From Paraphysomonas bandaiensis (lineage: Eukaryota; Protista; Chrysophyceae): 43,921 bases of DNA. Under the pieces are notes generated by a model. The model had not been told where the DNA came from. It made no database searches and saw only the letters and a program-made list of their open reading frames with translations. The stretch lies in contig CBFFRP010000443.1 of NCBI GenBank assembly GCA_965644295.1, forward strand, positions 1 to 43,921, given 5' to 3'. Position numbers and translations under genes: made by a program. Positions 14,601-26,431 of the stretch are shown here, in pieces; within the stretch, counting starts at the first letter, position 1, and every line of letters starts with the position of its first letter.

Positions 14601-15764
14601 TTCGAGTCATTACCCAACTCCGACGACCCTGAAGTTTTCGGTATGCATGAAAATGCGAATGTTACATTCAACACCAACGAATCCCTCGCAATGATGGCCA
14701 CAATGCTCAGTTTACAACCACGCTCCACTGGCGGTGGTGCCGGCAAAAGTAGTGACGACTTAGTTGTGGATTTGGCGGATATATATGAAGCGGAATGTCC
14801 CGATCTCCTTGATGAGGGTGATGCTGGCGAGACTACTTTTGTGATTCAGGTAAATCATAAGTAGTCTCCTCTGTTAAACGAATTTAAATATGTTATTCAT
14901 CCCAGGAAAACGGTCTCCTCACTTCATTAGCTATATGTTTGACTCAAGAAATGGTGAAATTCAACAGGTTTGCATATGTAGTTAAGTCTTTTTATGTGCT
15001 AATGAAATATTCAGGCTGATACGTCGTATGAAATCATCTTTGAGTGACATTAAAAAAGCCATTCGCGGCCTCATTGTCATGAGCTCAGACCTTGACGCTA
15101 TGTATACCTCATTCTTGAACAATCAGTTGCCAGCTATTTGGGAACGAGTATCGTTTGCGTCACTGAAGACACTAGGATCATGGGTAAAAGATCTTGTCTT
15201 CCGTGTCCAGTTTATGCACGGATGGATAGTAAATGGTCAGCCAGCGGCCTTTCCTCTGCCTGTCTTTTTCTTCCCCCAAGGTTTCATGACAGCCTCCCTT
15301 CAGACCTTCGCCAGAGCCCATATGGAGGTTCGCTACTCCATATCTGTCTAGCATAATTTATTTAAGTCATATTCGTGTAGGCTATTGATAATCTGAACTT
15401 CGAATACGAAGTGCTGCACACCCCACCTCAAGATATAGAAACTGGGCCGGAGGACGGAGTGATTGTATTCGGCCTATATCTGGAAGGCGCTCGTTGGGAC
15501 CACGAAAAATGGATGGTCAACGACTCCACTCCAGGAAAGATGTATGACCTCCTCCCTGCCATGCATTTTAAACCCGCTGTTGGACACAAGCAGGCTCCCA
15601 ACACGTACGCATGTCCTGTGTATAAGACCGCCGTACGCAAGGGTGTACTATCCACAACTGGTATGTCAACGAATTACGTGGTTCCCGTGGAACTACCTAC
15701 CGATTGTCCGGAGCAGAAGTGGATTTTGGCTGGTGTCGCCGCATTGTGTAATCTTACGGATTAA
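2642..15764 (+). CDS. DNAH6: Axonemal inner-arm dynein heavy chain, DNAH6-like, ~4112 aa, 12 exons
   Basis: P-loops GPAGTGKT (AAA1), GPAGTGKT (AAA2), GVTGTGKT (AAA3) and GVGGSGKQS (AAA4); FPRFYFLSNDELLEIL linker; stalk/microtubule-binding region; C-terminal CPVYKT..RKGVLSTTGMSTNYV. GT-AG introns at 3202-3254, 3361-3602, 4186-4239, 4605-4654, 5372-5456, 13629-13675, 13794-13842, 14383-14430, 14850-14905, 14968-15014 and 15328-15380 give one open frame of 12339 nt. The subfamily call rests on the N-terminal WEREF..IPFFRQYRRWKAF block and is less certain than the dynein call. Confidence 0.93.
3380..3560 (+). repeat. ~46-bp tandem repeat (atgatactgactatgttatatacatgctactgtatgtgttat...), ~3 copies plus partials, inside dynein intron 2
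   Basis: Copies start near 3380, 3426 and 3489 and account for most of this 242-bp intron. Confidence 0.85.
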
Positions 15765-16339
15765 GATCAACGTTATCCATTGATATATAGGCTTTATGTT
15801 GTGGCGTTACGACCCATGTCGCTGTGCAATTCATAGTTTCAATGTAGTACTTAAAAGAAATTTACTGATGAAATAATATAATATTACGCTTTGATAGTGC
15901 TTCCTGTATATCATGTTTTGCGTCAGAATTGGGCTCGGGCACCTGCTTCTTGTTAAAATGAGATCAGTGACATCGTCATTTGTTGTGGGAGTGAACTCGT
16001 CGGTGTAATAACCATATCCAATATTTTATATTTTATATATATTCTTTGCTTAATCTGAGTAAATGGAATGTTTAGCTATATGCAACTGAGCGCAGGTAAG
16101 TGTTATTCGATTTCTAACGCGATCACGAATGACAACCACCTAATGCTCAAGTAATTTAAAGCATCAGAGCCGAGAGTAAACAAGTTGAGGGCTTGAACGA
16201 TCTATAGATACATAGATACTTTAGGATTTCTTTGAAGTAAATCGGAAAACAATTCCGTGAGAAAATGTCACAGGATGATTTCTTTGAAATGAAACCGGGG
16301 AAAAGAACAAAATTAAACTGATAGAACCTCACGGTGTGA

Positions 16340-18700
16340 TAGATCTCGGGCGGTGGGGCCTAACCTTTTCAAAAATAAACTAAAAATGGAGATGGTAGTT
16401 ATTACAAGAAATTATTACCATTCTGTTCCAACCGGGCTTGATTCCTTCACTATGATCCCACATGATGGCGGACACCAGTCACTAGCACAAATTTTCCACA
16501 TCAACCTCACCCCAATCGGCCATACCCAACCACCTCCAACTCGGACTCAGCAAACATACAAAACAAAGGAGACTTCCGAAACAACACAGAAAATACGTGA
16601 GGGTCGAACGCCGAAACATCACAGTCAACGAATTCTAATGCACCCTTGATGCAATAAAGCCAAAGACCAGGCACCCAGGCCCTCCATGGTCGCGACAAAC
16701 ATGATCAACAGCTAGACCCAAGAGATAAGATGAAAGAGAAGTATAGCAGGGTTGGCCCAACAGTTGCTCGAGAATGGATCGCGTGGGCAGAGTTGTGTCC
16801 CCAGAGTGATGATATCTCAAGACTGCGTGACTCAAACAGGTAGTTTAGTCGCCATCTTTATGAACACTGCTCGTGCGCTTTCGTAGTAACACCACCTCTT
16901 CCTCCGGGCCGTCGTCGGATAAGTCGTTACAAAGGTCGACGACATTCATCTTCCCGTTGCACTTCTTGTCCTATACCATTACACGCAGTTAACACAGTAG
17001 TAACCACAACACACAACAATAATCAGAATATCACCGCGGTAGCTTTCTTATTATTTGACTTCGTGGTATTAATCTTTCTCGTGGGTGGCGCAATATCGAA
17101 AGTCTTTCGCTGCGTTCTGGTTTGCTTACCCGAAACTGTTCCGAATGGGTTTCGGTCCCATCAATGCAGGGTTTTCCGAATTCCCTCTTGTTTAGACCTC
17201 CACCGCGCAGATCGTATACAAGTCCCTTCTCATGGAAATACTTAATTGCTTCATCACGAGCAATTAATTGAAGGACTAAATTTCTCGTCGATAAGGTAGT
17301 CCGACGACGACCGGAGGAAGAGGTTCCACCACGAAAGTGAATACTGTTCATAAAGATGGTGACGAGAGAGGTTGTCGAATTCCAGCAGAAAGCAGACCTT
17401 TTATCTCCCGCTGTCACTGAACTTCGTCAGGAAGTAATGTCCGAACTTCGTGATCTTTTGATTAGAAAAAATGCTGATTCTCCACCTGCTAGTAGTAACG
17501 TGTCCCCAACAATTGTTACCGTGTCTTCTCCAAACACAAACTAATACTACAGTTAGTAGTAGCGGTGTTATTGCATGCAGTAGTAGTGGAGAAAGCTGTA
17601 TGCGTATGCAATGTATCCAATATATATGAGAATATAGTATTACAAAACGCACGCCAGTAATTACTTCAATGATGTTGTACTTGTATTCTCAGTTTTGTTT
17701 AGCGAACTGCTGTTGCAGAAACTCCATTTGATTGGGCTCCTCTTCGGTACACATTCCCAACAATGTTTCTTTCAAGTAGACGAAGTATATATACTGAAAC
17801 CTTTCTATGCTTAAAGATCGTGTCTACAACGACTTAGCACAATTAAAATTGTTTTTCCTCGCGGTTTGTTAGGTCTAGAAGGCAGTTTCACCGGTTTGGT
17901 GTTCTGACAGTCTCCACCACATTGGATTTATGTCATCCCGTCAAAGACATTCTAAACCGGACACCGAACCACTTCAACAACAATTGGACAACTTCTGCTG
18001 TAATGTTTGAACCTGGGTCTAAAAATAGAATTTCTGATGTTCCATACGTACCAAACTAAGAAAAAATGCTCGTGCTACGTGCTACTCAATCAGTCGATGG
18101 ATACCGACCAACTAAATGTGGAGGCAATTGTTTTACAACATGAATACAACAATGTCTTTTTTTATTAGGGGGAGATACTGAATGTGTATTGAAGCCCACA
18201 TAATGTCTGCTCGGAGTCTAAAGCTCTGATTGGTGCTTGCAAAGTAGTAGATTTTGGAGAACTTTTGTCAAAAATACATCAAGAAGAGACAAATCAAATG
18301 GATCAAGAGCAATCAGTAGAAGCTCAAGAGCAACGAGGACAACAGTGCATCGACCCAGATCTACTTTAGACTAGAATTGTAGATGAGGCTCAGCAGGCGG
18401 CGATGAATGCTACTCGGGTGCTGAGAGAGGAGGAATGTCAGAAGACAGACCATACAAGAAGCGTTCAGGGAAGCTGATCAGCAGAGGACTAGCCAGGTGG
18501 TCCTGGCTCAGTTCGTTTAACTTCATGATGACGTATATGACAATTGTGCACCAAATCGAAAGCCTCCTTGGGTGAGCTAGATTTATTGTTTTTCAGTCAG
18601 GTCTTCTAAATCTGCAAGTAAATCCGCTGGAAATACTGAATAGCAAGCTAAATCATCAGTTTCTGAACGACATTCACCCAAATGATGTAACTCAATTAGC
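16340..18700. pseudogene. Decayed coding-like DNA, probably retroelement (gag/ORF1-like) remnants
   Basis: Short frames interrupted by stops and frameshifts (17356-17544; a Q/E-rich coiled-coil-like frame ~18257-18450), a possible degenerate Zn-knuckle ~17990-18050, and adjacent gypsy RNase H fragments. No intact domain was recognised. Confidence 0.4.
16848..17363. repeat. Diverged ~85-95-bp inverted repeat pair (16848-~16943 and ~17281-17363), each arm carrying an outward-facing ATG
   Basis: Shared blocks gtc(g/a)ccatctttatgaaca, ctttcgt(a/g)gt, acctcttcctccgg, cgtcgtcgga and tcgacga occur in opposite orientation. Confidence 0.8.
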
Positions 18701-18819
18701 TGATCATTAGGTAACAAGTCCAAATGTTTTAGCATGACTACTTCACCACATGACTACTACTTCTTCTGGAAAACATTCCAAACTAACAGTCAATAACATG
18801 AGCCACTGCCGATTCCACT

Positions 18820-19030
18820 TATTTACGAGATAACCAATCCGCGAATCTGTTTAGCTTGCCCTTGAAATGTAGCGAGTCGAAATTAAAATTCTGTATAAAC
18901 ATCTTCATACGCACTGTTCTATCAACATTCGAAACTTCCATTCATTTGAGTTAGCATGGTCGGTCATAATCGTAAGCTTTTCCCTCTTAAAAAATACGAC
19001 AATGCATACACACAGAATAATATTGTCAAG
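18820..19030 (-). mobile_element. Ty3/gypsy LTR-retrotransposon pol fragment (RNase H C-terminal part), degenerate copy 1
   Basis: Minus-strand translation across frameshifts gives YFLRGK..TIMTDHAN..MEVSNVDRTVRMKMFIQNFNFDSLHFKGKLNRFADWLSR, matching the gypsy RNase H motifs TDH and G..N..AD.LSR. Confidence 0.8.
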
Positions 19031-19932
19031 ATAGTTTTCAGCGGTTGTTCAATGCATTGCCCAAAACAAAATGAAGATGATTTATACTACCAAATGCTAG
19101 CAAGTTAAGAAGTTGCAGTGAGAGTGAGTGGTTACACATATAATATCAACTTGTTTACGAAAAATTGCTTTGGTGATGCCGAAGTTTTTCAATTAACGTC
19201 TGTGAGCGAGGTAATCATGTGTGAATCGTACTGTATGCGAAAGGTTAGTTCCTAAGACAGTGAGCAGTTTGAGAACAACAGAGGTTTCTTTGGAGTTGTG
19301 TTGTTGAAAGTTGTCAGATAGTTTTATAGTCCCTCGAGCTTTGAATCAGTCTGTTAACCTACTGTTGGCTTTCCACGAAAATTTGGTTCAAATACGGAAG
19401 TTGAATCTAGGAAGAAATTTTCAAGATTTGCTATAGTGGATAATATCTACTTTGGTATTCAACTGTATATCTTGTATGAGGTTCATTTATTTGCGTTGAT
19501 GAGGTTGGTGATATTGAAAAAGTGTAACATATATATTCGTTATGTTATATTATATTGGTTGATCTGAGGAATTCTATTGATCGTTGGGATTCAATAATTG
19601 AGAAGGCAAAAGTGTTGTTGAGATTCTACTTATTTTGTTAGAACAGTGTGTAAAGGGTATGGGAATTATGTAGGATTATTTAGGCCGAAAATTTTGACTC
19701 TCGCTAGTTCTTCAAGAGCTGCTATAATCTCTGAAGAAAATACAGCACAACATGCTACGTCATCCGATTCAGAACTCCATTGTCCCCTATACTATTCAAT
19801 CAGTTGGTTTTTCGGTAACAAATCTGTATTCTCAAACATTACAATTTCCCCACATGCTAGACTCTCCTCAGGAAAACAGTCTACACATATACATGGACAG
19901 CAACATAATATAAGCTACCACTGACTCTTGAT

Positions 19933-20110
19933 CCTTACGCGACAACCAGTCTGCAAATCTATTCAACTTTCCTTTGAAATGTAACAAGTCGAAATGAAAA
20001 TTCTGCATACTGTATGCATTCGCACAATTCGATCAACAACCGAGGTTTCCATCCATCTGAGATTGGCACGGTCTGTCATTATAGTGATTTTTTTCCTCTT
20101 AAATAATAAT
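19933..20110 (-). mobile_element. Ty3/gypsy RNase H fragment, degenerate copy 2
   Basis: Minus-strand translation across frameshifts gives YYLRGKKITIMTDRANLRWMETSVVDRIVRM..MQNFHFDLLHFKGKLNRFADWLSRK; a diverged direct repeat of 18820-19030. Confidence 0.8.
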
Positions 20111-20191
20111 TTAACAACAAGATTCAAATCAATGATATGTATACTGTATGCTTAGGGAATAGCAATTGTACTAGTAGACCAACTCAATACT

Positions 20192-20401
20192 TTAAACCCA
20201 AAGTTTCTATAATAGCTATCTACTAGCAGAGGCTAAGCGTATTGTATATAAATGTGATGATGCTAAAATTAAAGCAATAAAACTGTTCACTTTCATCATC
20301 ACATATGTACAAATTTCAACACCTCGCGGTTGCTAAGTGTACGGTATAGTTCTGTGGTAGAAGTACACTGGTTATAGCTATTATAGAAACTTTGGGTTTA
20401 A
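20192..20401. mobile_element. ~200-bp MITE-like element flanked by TTAA (piggyBac/Kolobok-style target site)
   Basis: Perfect 31-bp inverted repeat actttaaacccaaagtttctataatagctat at 20189-20219 and 20374-20404, with TTAA at 20192-20195 and 20398-20401. No coding capacity. Confidence 0.65.
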
Positions 20402-20602
20402 AGTGAGATGGTATAGTGGTGTAATATAGTGGGATGGTATAGTGATGCATAGTAATATTATGGTATCTGGGTGTATAGTGAGATGGTATATGGGTGTAAG
20501 ATGGTGTATGTGTGTATATTGAAATGGTATGTAGGTATATAGTGAGATGGTATAGTGGTATTTAGTGAGATGGCAAAGTAGTGTATAGTGAGATGGTTAT
20601 AG
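20402..20602 (+). repeat. Degenerate tandem repeat of a (t)agtgagatggtata-like unit
   Basis: The unit recurs about 7 times immediately right of the MITE. Confidence 0.7.
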
Positions 20603-21012
20603 TTCATACTTGTAAACTGCATGTAATATATAGTGCACCTGATTGAATGATATGTGTATGATCTGAGGCACACAATATCCTGAGAGAATATGCACAATGT
20701 GACCCACACCCTAAAAGAACTGGGTACCACTGTTCCTAGCCACCTATACAGCGTCAGATATGGAGCTTAATCTCTCCTGTAGTATTCTTGAAGTTGTTTC
20801 GAAGTCCTGGTTATAATCTTCACTGACATTATTATTATCTTCTGTTGCAGACGACGGATGGGAGACGACTTGGAATGTTTGATGATCTGCTTTTGAGAGT
20901 TGGCTCATCTTTGTGGTTTCTCTTTAATTGTGTACTGTGTACTATAATGAGATCACGTACATATATGACATGTTAATATCATGAATAAAATAGCAGTGAG
21001 TTCTGTTGAAAC

Positions 21013-21137
21013 GAATATTAAAGTCGAATGTCTATATTTACCCGGTGCTGATATGAGCGCTCTGTTGAGCCAAAATCAGGTCAAAAATAAACTTTTTTTA
21101 AAGACAAAATGGGGCTAAGCAAGTATTAGATATACAC
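21013..21137 (+). repeat. Dispersed repeat family member, with partial copies at ~24858-24914 and ~31044-31106
   Basis: Shares aatgtctatattt(a/g)..cggtgct...atgagcg with 31044-31106 and aataaa..ttt..agacaaaatgggg.taa with 24858-24914. Confidence 0.6.
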
Positions 21138-21766
21138 GATCTTATACAGTCCAACCATATCTTTTTCACAACTATTATCCCTATAATCTCATTAGTTCAC
21201 GTAATACTCTTAATCCCTAATAGTACACTTCAAGTTTAAGGTGGGTCCATTCCTGGATTCCTGTTTATTCGTCAGGGCCTAAGGACTAAAGACGTCTGCA
21301 CAAGTGACATATATTATATATTAGTGTCTCTTGTATCACACAGCATTTGGCAATGAGTTATCTCCGGTACTTATCCCTCAGAACACCACGAACCACGAAA
21401 AGGTGCGAGTCCGACTTTGTTATATATATCTCTGTTCTCTGTCAGAGTTTCATCTGTCCCACACTTTGTAGAACCACATTAATCATCAATACGTTAACAA
21501 TGCAATACACTACCCTAGCTCTTCTCTAAGTGAGTGTTGTTATCTACACACGCACCACGTTGTTCCAGACGAATATAATGATATACTGTTAGATGTTAGA
21601 GTGTAACGAAGGAAACTATAGATACATTTCATCGAGCGTTGCATACACTACTGAGATGTATATAAATTCCATGAATGTTCAGCCGTTCATTGACCAGTCA
21701 CAGGAAATAACAAGAGAGAATACAACTAATTTCGCAAAATAGTTACACGCTTCACCACAAAGAATT

Positions 21767-23001
21767 CTAAACTAAGACTATGACGTACAGAAAAAGGTCA
21801 GGATGCGAAAACTTCAGCCAAAGAGGGTATACAGGGACCGTGAGGTCTATTTCCACTCCCTGTACTATGGTTCGCCTGAACACAGTCACCAGAGATCGCA
21901 GAACATTTCCCAATATCTTACCTGGGGATCACTTTCAGTGAAGGCAGAAAGGAGTCACATACTTCTCTAAGAGTAATCAGCTGTCCTGAGTTTCCTTCAG
22001 TACTTTGCAGCTCGTTTGTCGTAGCGTACACTTCAACATGTCTCTGGCAAATAGGCTTACCGGGAACTACAATTCTCAAAGGCACAGTGCGGGGTACAAC
22101 CCCATCCCGGATGTCTTTGACTACTTCCTCATATTCATCCGCAATACCTGTAATTATATACGTATTATAATACATTTCCATATCCATTAATACATATATA
22201 TACAGTTATATACCTATTGATACATATATACATACATATACATACGTATACATGTATAGACACACACACATAGAGAGAGAGACATACCCACCTGACTGCA
22301 AAGCTTGTGTTAACTGTTCATGCTCTTTAATTGTAAGAGATGTGAATGGCCTTGTATTCCCATGTATGAGATACGTGGCTTGTTTCAAACTATGAGATAA
22401 CAGCCTTTGTCCATCTTGTATAGTGTTTAAACGCATACATTGTTCACCATGATGTTGTAAGAAATGTATAGTCAGTTTCCATGGAAGATCTTGTGTATCA
22501 CAACAGTCATAGAGGACTCCTATAGGCAAATGTCTGTATATATACATATAACTTAATAGAGAGAGGAATACATACTTAATACAGTCCACATATCAGAGAA
22601 TACAGTGATTATCTATATATATATATGTATGTCTATGTATGTATATGTATGCATATGTACGTGTATGTATATCTATGTATGTATATGCATATGTATGTAT
22701 GTACGTATACAGTACCCTTTAAGTGGTAGAGTATTAAACTCAAACCATATAGTTTGTTCTGCATCAATGACATCAGCCCTAAAATGATCTATACATTCAG
22801 CTGCTGCTATACATAAGTACGACATTCTTGGTAGTAAAACCTATACATATATACGTATATAGATTATATTATATAGACATTTAACGGATCATTTCATACA
22901 TAATAAGGATCCGGTATACGGTCTGAAGTCACATCTTGAAGGGATACTGATACTTCAGTTGGGATATATCCATCCCATAGTAACTGAGCATATCCAGACA
23001 T
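21767..23001 (-). CDS. ATG5: Autophagy protein 5, ~267 aa, 5 exons (23001-22900, 22840-22716, 22533-22292, 22147-21922, 21875-21767)
   Basis: Spliced protein has LWDGYIP, PYYVLLPRMSYL, IWFE..PLKGHLPIGVLYD, LPWKLTIHF, SLKQA (ATG12-conjugation Lys) and C-terminal HPDLFLYV. Spliced length is 804 nt and in frame. Confidence 0.93.
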
Positions 23002-23208
23002 ATAGTGAAAGTAATTGAAGTTAAATGAAATACTTGTAATGAAACACTTCCGCGTAATTCAATTTTAAAGTGAAGTAGTTATGATAGTATAGTATAGTAT
23101 ATTACACTCCCTCCTCTGAAACCACGTTAATATGTGAATATCCTCATACATGACTTCACTCTACTGAATATGATTCCAGAGTTGATGTGTATATATATAC
23201 GTACACAC

Positions 23209-23328
23209 TACATACATACATACATACATACATACATACATACATACATACATACATACATACATACATACATACATACATACATACATACATACATACA
23301 TACATACATACATACATACATACATACA

Positions 23329-23362
<34 letters not shown>

Positions 23363-23380
23363 CGTACATACATACATACA

Positions 23381-23414
<34 letters not shown>

Positions 23415-23503
23415 CGTACATACATACATACATACATACATACATACATACGTACACACTACATACATACATACATACATACATACATACATACATACAT
23501 ACA

Positions 23504-23537
<34 letters not shown>

Positions 23538-23539
23538 CG

Positions 23540-23573
<34 letters not shown>

Positions 23574-23638
23574 CGTACATACATACATACATACATACAT
23601 ACATACATACATACATACATACATACATACATACATAC
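23209..23638 (+). repeat. (TACA)n microsatellite, ~430 bp, between the divergent ATG5 and VPS28 genes
   Basis: Seen directly; periodic tatatacg interruptions. Confidence 0.97.
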
Positions 23639-23863
23639 GTGTCTGTACGTACAGCAGTCGTGCTGCACCCAAACTATCAAAAAAGCATGTTTTTAGGTCA
23701 TAAAGTGGGGATATTTGACTGTATGGTTAGAAAAACGGGTTTTATGTTCCATATTTTCCTTGTTTTTCTATATCTATGTGCTGTATGTGTGTTGGGTCTT
23801 CTGGCGTGTGTGTGTTATGAGGCAGATGAGTCTCATAATCACAATCAGACACCAAACATCAAC

Positions 23864-24641
23864 ATGTCAGAAGCTCCTCCCTCATATGAGACCGCAATCA
23901 ACTATCCCACACGATCAGTTTCTCTATCAACTGGATCTCTCACTCGTCCTCGTATGAGTGAAGTGAAGTTATTTAATGATTCGAGTGAACGGCGCAGGCA
24001 TGAAGAATTGTGTGATCTCTATACGGTACTGTGTATCTAGTGTATGATATGATCCTATCAGCTCATATATGACACAGATCATTAAAGCGACTGAATCTCT
24101 TGAGGCAGCATATAGCAGAGATGCTGTATCTGCTACTGCATATGCGGAATCATGTACTCGTTTAATACAACAGTTTAAAAGTACGGAGTCAGCTCTTATT
24201 ACAGGTGGAATGATTACTAGTGCGGAAGTATTTATGCGAGAGTTTGATGTGGATTGTCCTCGTGCATATGATCGTCTGCTTAGAGCTGGTGTACCTGCCA
24301 CTGTAATGCATGTCTCTCATGATGACAGAGGCGAAAATGTCGTAGTGGCTGAAACTGTGCAGTATTTCATAACAACAATGGATGCATTAAAGCTAGATCA
24401 ACGTGCTGTGGACGAAGTGCAACCTCTTATATCTGACTTGATGTCATCCTTGACGAGGGTGCAGGGCCTGGCTAGTGATTTTGAGGGTCTAGTCAAACTC
24501 CGCCTATGGCTTCAGAAACTCAATGAATTGCGAGCATCAGACACGATAGATGACGAGGAAGCAAGGCAACTAATATTTGACTTAGAAGGAGCATATAGTG
24601 CCTTCCACAGATTTCTTTCCACTGGAGGAACGAAGAAGTGA
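23864..24641 (+). CDS. VPS28: ESCRT-I subunit VPS28, ~241 aa, 2 exons (intron 24026-24077)
   Basis: EVKLF..ER...DLYTIIKATESLEAAY.RD, CPRA..RL..GVPAT, VAETVQYFITTMDALKL, LIFDLEGAYSAF. Confidence 0.95.
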
Positions 24642-25072
24642 ATATTGTGTGTACATAAGAGTTGGTATTGATGCATCTACCTACAATTCTATGAGAAATG
24701 TGATTGATGCAACATAAGCGTGCGGCAATACAACTCATTTTAATTGTCGCGTAGTTGCTGTGTTCGGCCTCATGTGTATATTGTTATAATTTCCTTACTC
24801 TCTGTTAATGAATATCTAAAATCTATTTGAACGTTTCTGTCCCATTCCGAGAGCGTGGTTTAATAAAGCTTTATTTTGAGACAAAATGGGGATAACATAA
24901 TATCTAGAATACAAAGCTACAGCTTGCGGGTACCCTGGCGATCATTTATTTAGACAAATGAAAAATCAAAGAAAATGGGTACGATTTTAGCTTCATTTAG
25001 GAACGATGTCAACTTAATTAAGTAAAAATTATTCGATTAGGGATAGGCAAATGCAAGGACACTTAAAAATAT

Positions 25073-25376
25073 GCTTCTATTTGGCCAGAGCGAAGAATAC
25101 AAAAGCATGAGAGTATCATATATCAGCCGCGAAATGAATGAGGTGACGACGGATGACAGAATAAAAGTAACAAATTCAAGGACACTTGTCTTCACCAATA
25201 TAACGTGCTTTTTTATGATTCGGTTCAATCCTGTCAGAAAGCACGTCATACTGGTGAAGACAAGTGTCCTTGCATTTGCTACTTTAATTCTGTCGTCCGT
25301 CGTCACCTCATTCATTTCGCGGCTGATATATGATAGTCTCATGCTTCTATACTCTTCGCTCTGACGAAATAGAAGC
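25073..25376 (-). ncRNA. Long fold-back inverted repeat (139-bp arms, 26-nt loop); candidate hairpin-RNA/miRNA-like locus
   Basis: Arms 25073-25211 and 25238-25376 are 127/139 complementary with no indels. The inverted repeat is certain; its function as an RNA is inferred. Confidence 0.5.
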
Positions 25377-25711
25377 TCTGAACTCATCTTCCTATTTCGT
25401 CATCTCCATATCTTTCTTTCCCATCACTTGATTATGGTTGATTGAATGCTCTGGTGTGTATAGTTCATGCTACCACTACTGTGCTCTGCTAACAATCTAA
25501 ACGCTTCGAATGGACTTGTTGATGTGGATGATTTCTGTGTGGCACCAACTGAACGTAGAAATGATCGATATTGATAGATTGTTCCAGCCAATTGTTTCAT
25601 ATATGCTCCATGTGTATGTGCTACACTGAATCACAGTCGCATGATATCAAATAGTGTCATTCACAGAAACCTAGAGGAACGTTCTTCAGCTACAGAGCGT
25701 TTTAGTACTTC

Positions 25712-25839
25712 TGTATGTATGTATGTATGTATGTATGTATGTATGTATGTATGTATGTATGTATGTATGTATGTATGTATGTATGTATGTATGTATGTAT
25801 GTATGTATGTATGTATGTATGTATGTATGTATGTATGTA
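25712..25839 (+). repeat. (TATG)n microsatellite, left part of an array split by a transposon
   Basis: Seen directly; runs up to the TA preceding the left TIR. Confidence 0.97.
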
Positions 25840-26152
25840 CAGCGCATTCTCGATATATCGCGGAAAGTGTCCTGGAGAGGAAATCGCGATATATCGCAAT
25901 ATCGCGATATACAATTTAATAGTAAAATACAGCACTGTATTCCGCAAAGTCATAGAGAACAAGTTTAAGGAGCTTAAGACTGTGCAATATATCCACAATG
26001 TCGTGTCTGTATAGCATAGTACTCCTTGTACTGAATGGCACATGCAAAGAATTTGTGAAATAAGTTACTAATATATCATTATTTATGGAATTTATGGTAT
26101 TCAATTTCTTAACACACTTACTACATTCCTAGCTAACAATAAGATAAAATTA

Positions 26153-26431
26153 TTAAATTTCATGGACTTCAGAACCTTTAGTACGTGCTGAAAAAAACTG
26201 ATGCAGAGAAGTTTGTACCTTAGAATGATTCTTGTGCCTTTCTGTATGAATATTATTCTGCACTTTTCTGAGGAGCTCAATATGCGCTGTTGAATGCCCC
26301 TCCTGGGTAGCATAATCGAGTAACATTAAAACAGCATTGTCGGCTTGCACAGCAGTAATAGCACTATCATTTCCATTGGTGTTAATACAATCATCCTCGT
26401 CATCGTCATCGCCTTCGTCCTCTAAAGACAT
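26153..26431 (-). pseudogene. C-terminal remnant of a pogo-family transposase with a PIP-box (QTSLHQFF)
   Basis: Acidic tract, then a helical A..A...LLDY segment, then QxxLxxFF, the typical pogo/Tigger C-terminal layout. No DDE core was recognised elsewhere in the element. Confidence 0.7.

Noticed and set aside
23134-23703. MYVC/HTYI repeat ORFs (also ~25641-26043, 27367-27795, 43428-43916)
   Set aside because: These are stop-free translations of (TATG)n microsatellites.
25037-25387. Two overlapping similar ORFs on opposite strands as a gene pair
   Set aside because: Automatic consequence of the inverted repeat; there is no independent evidence of coding.
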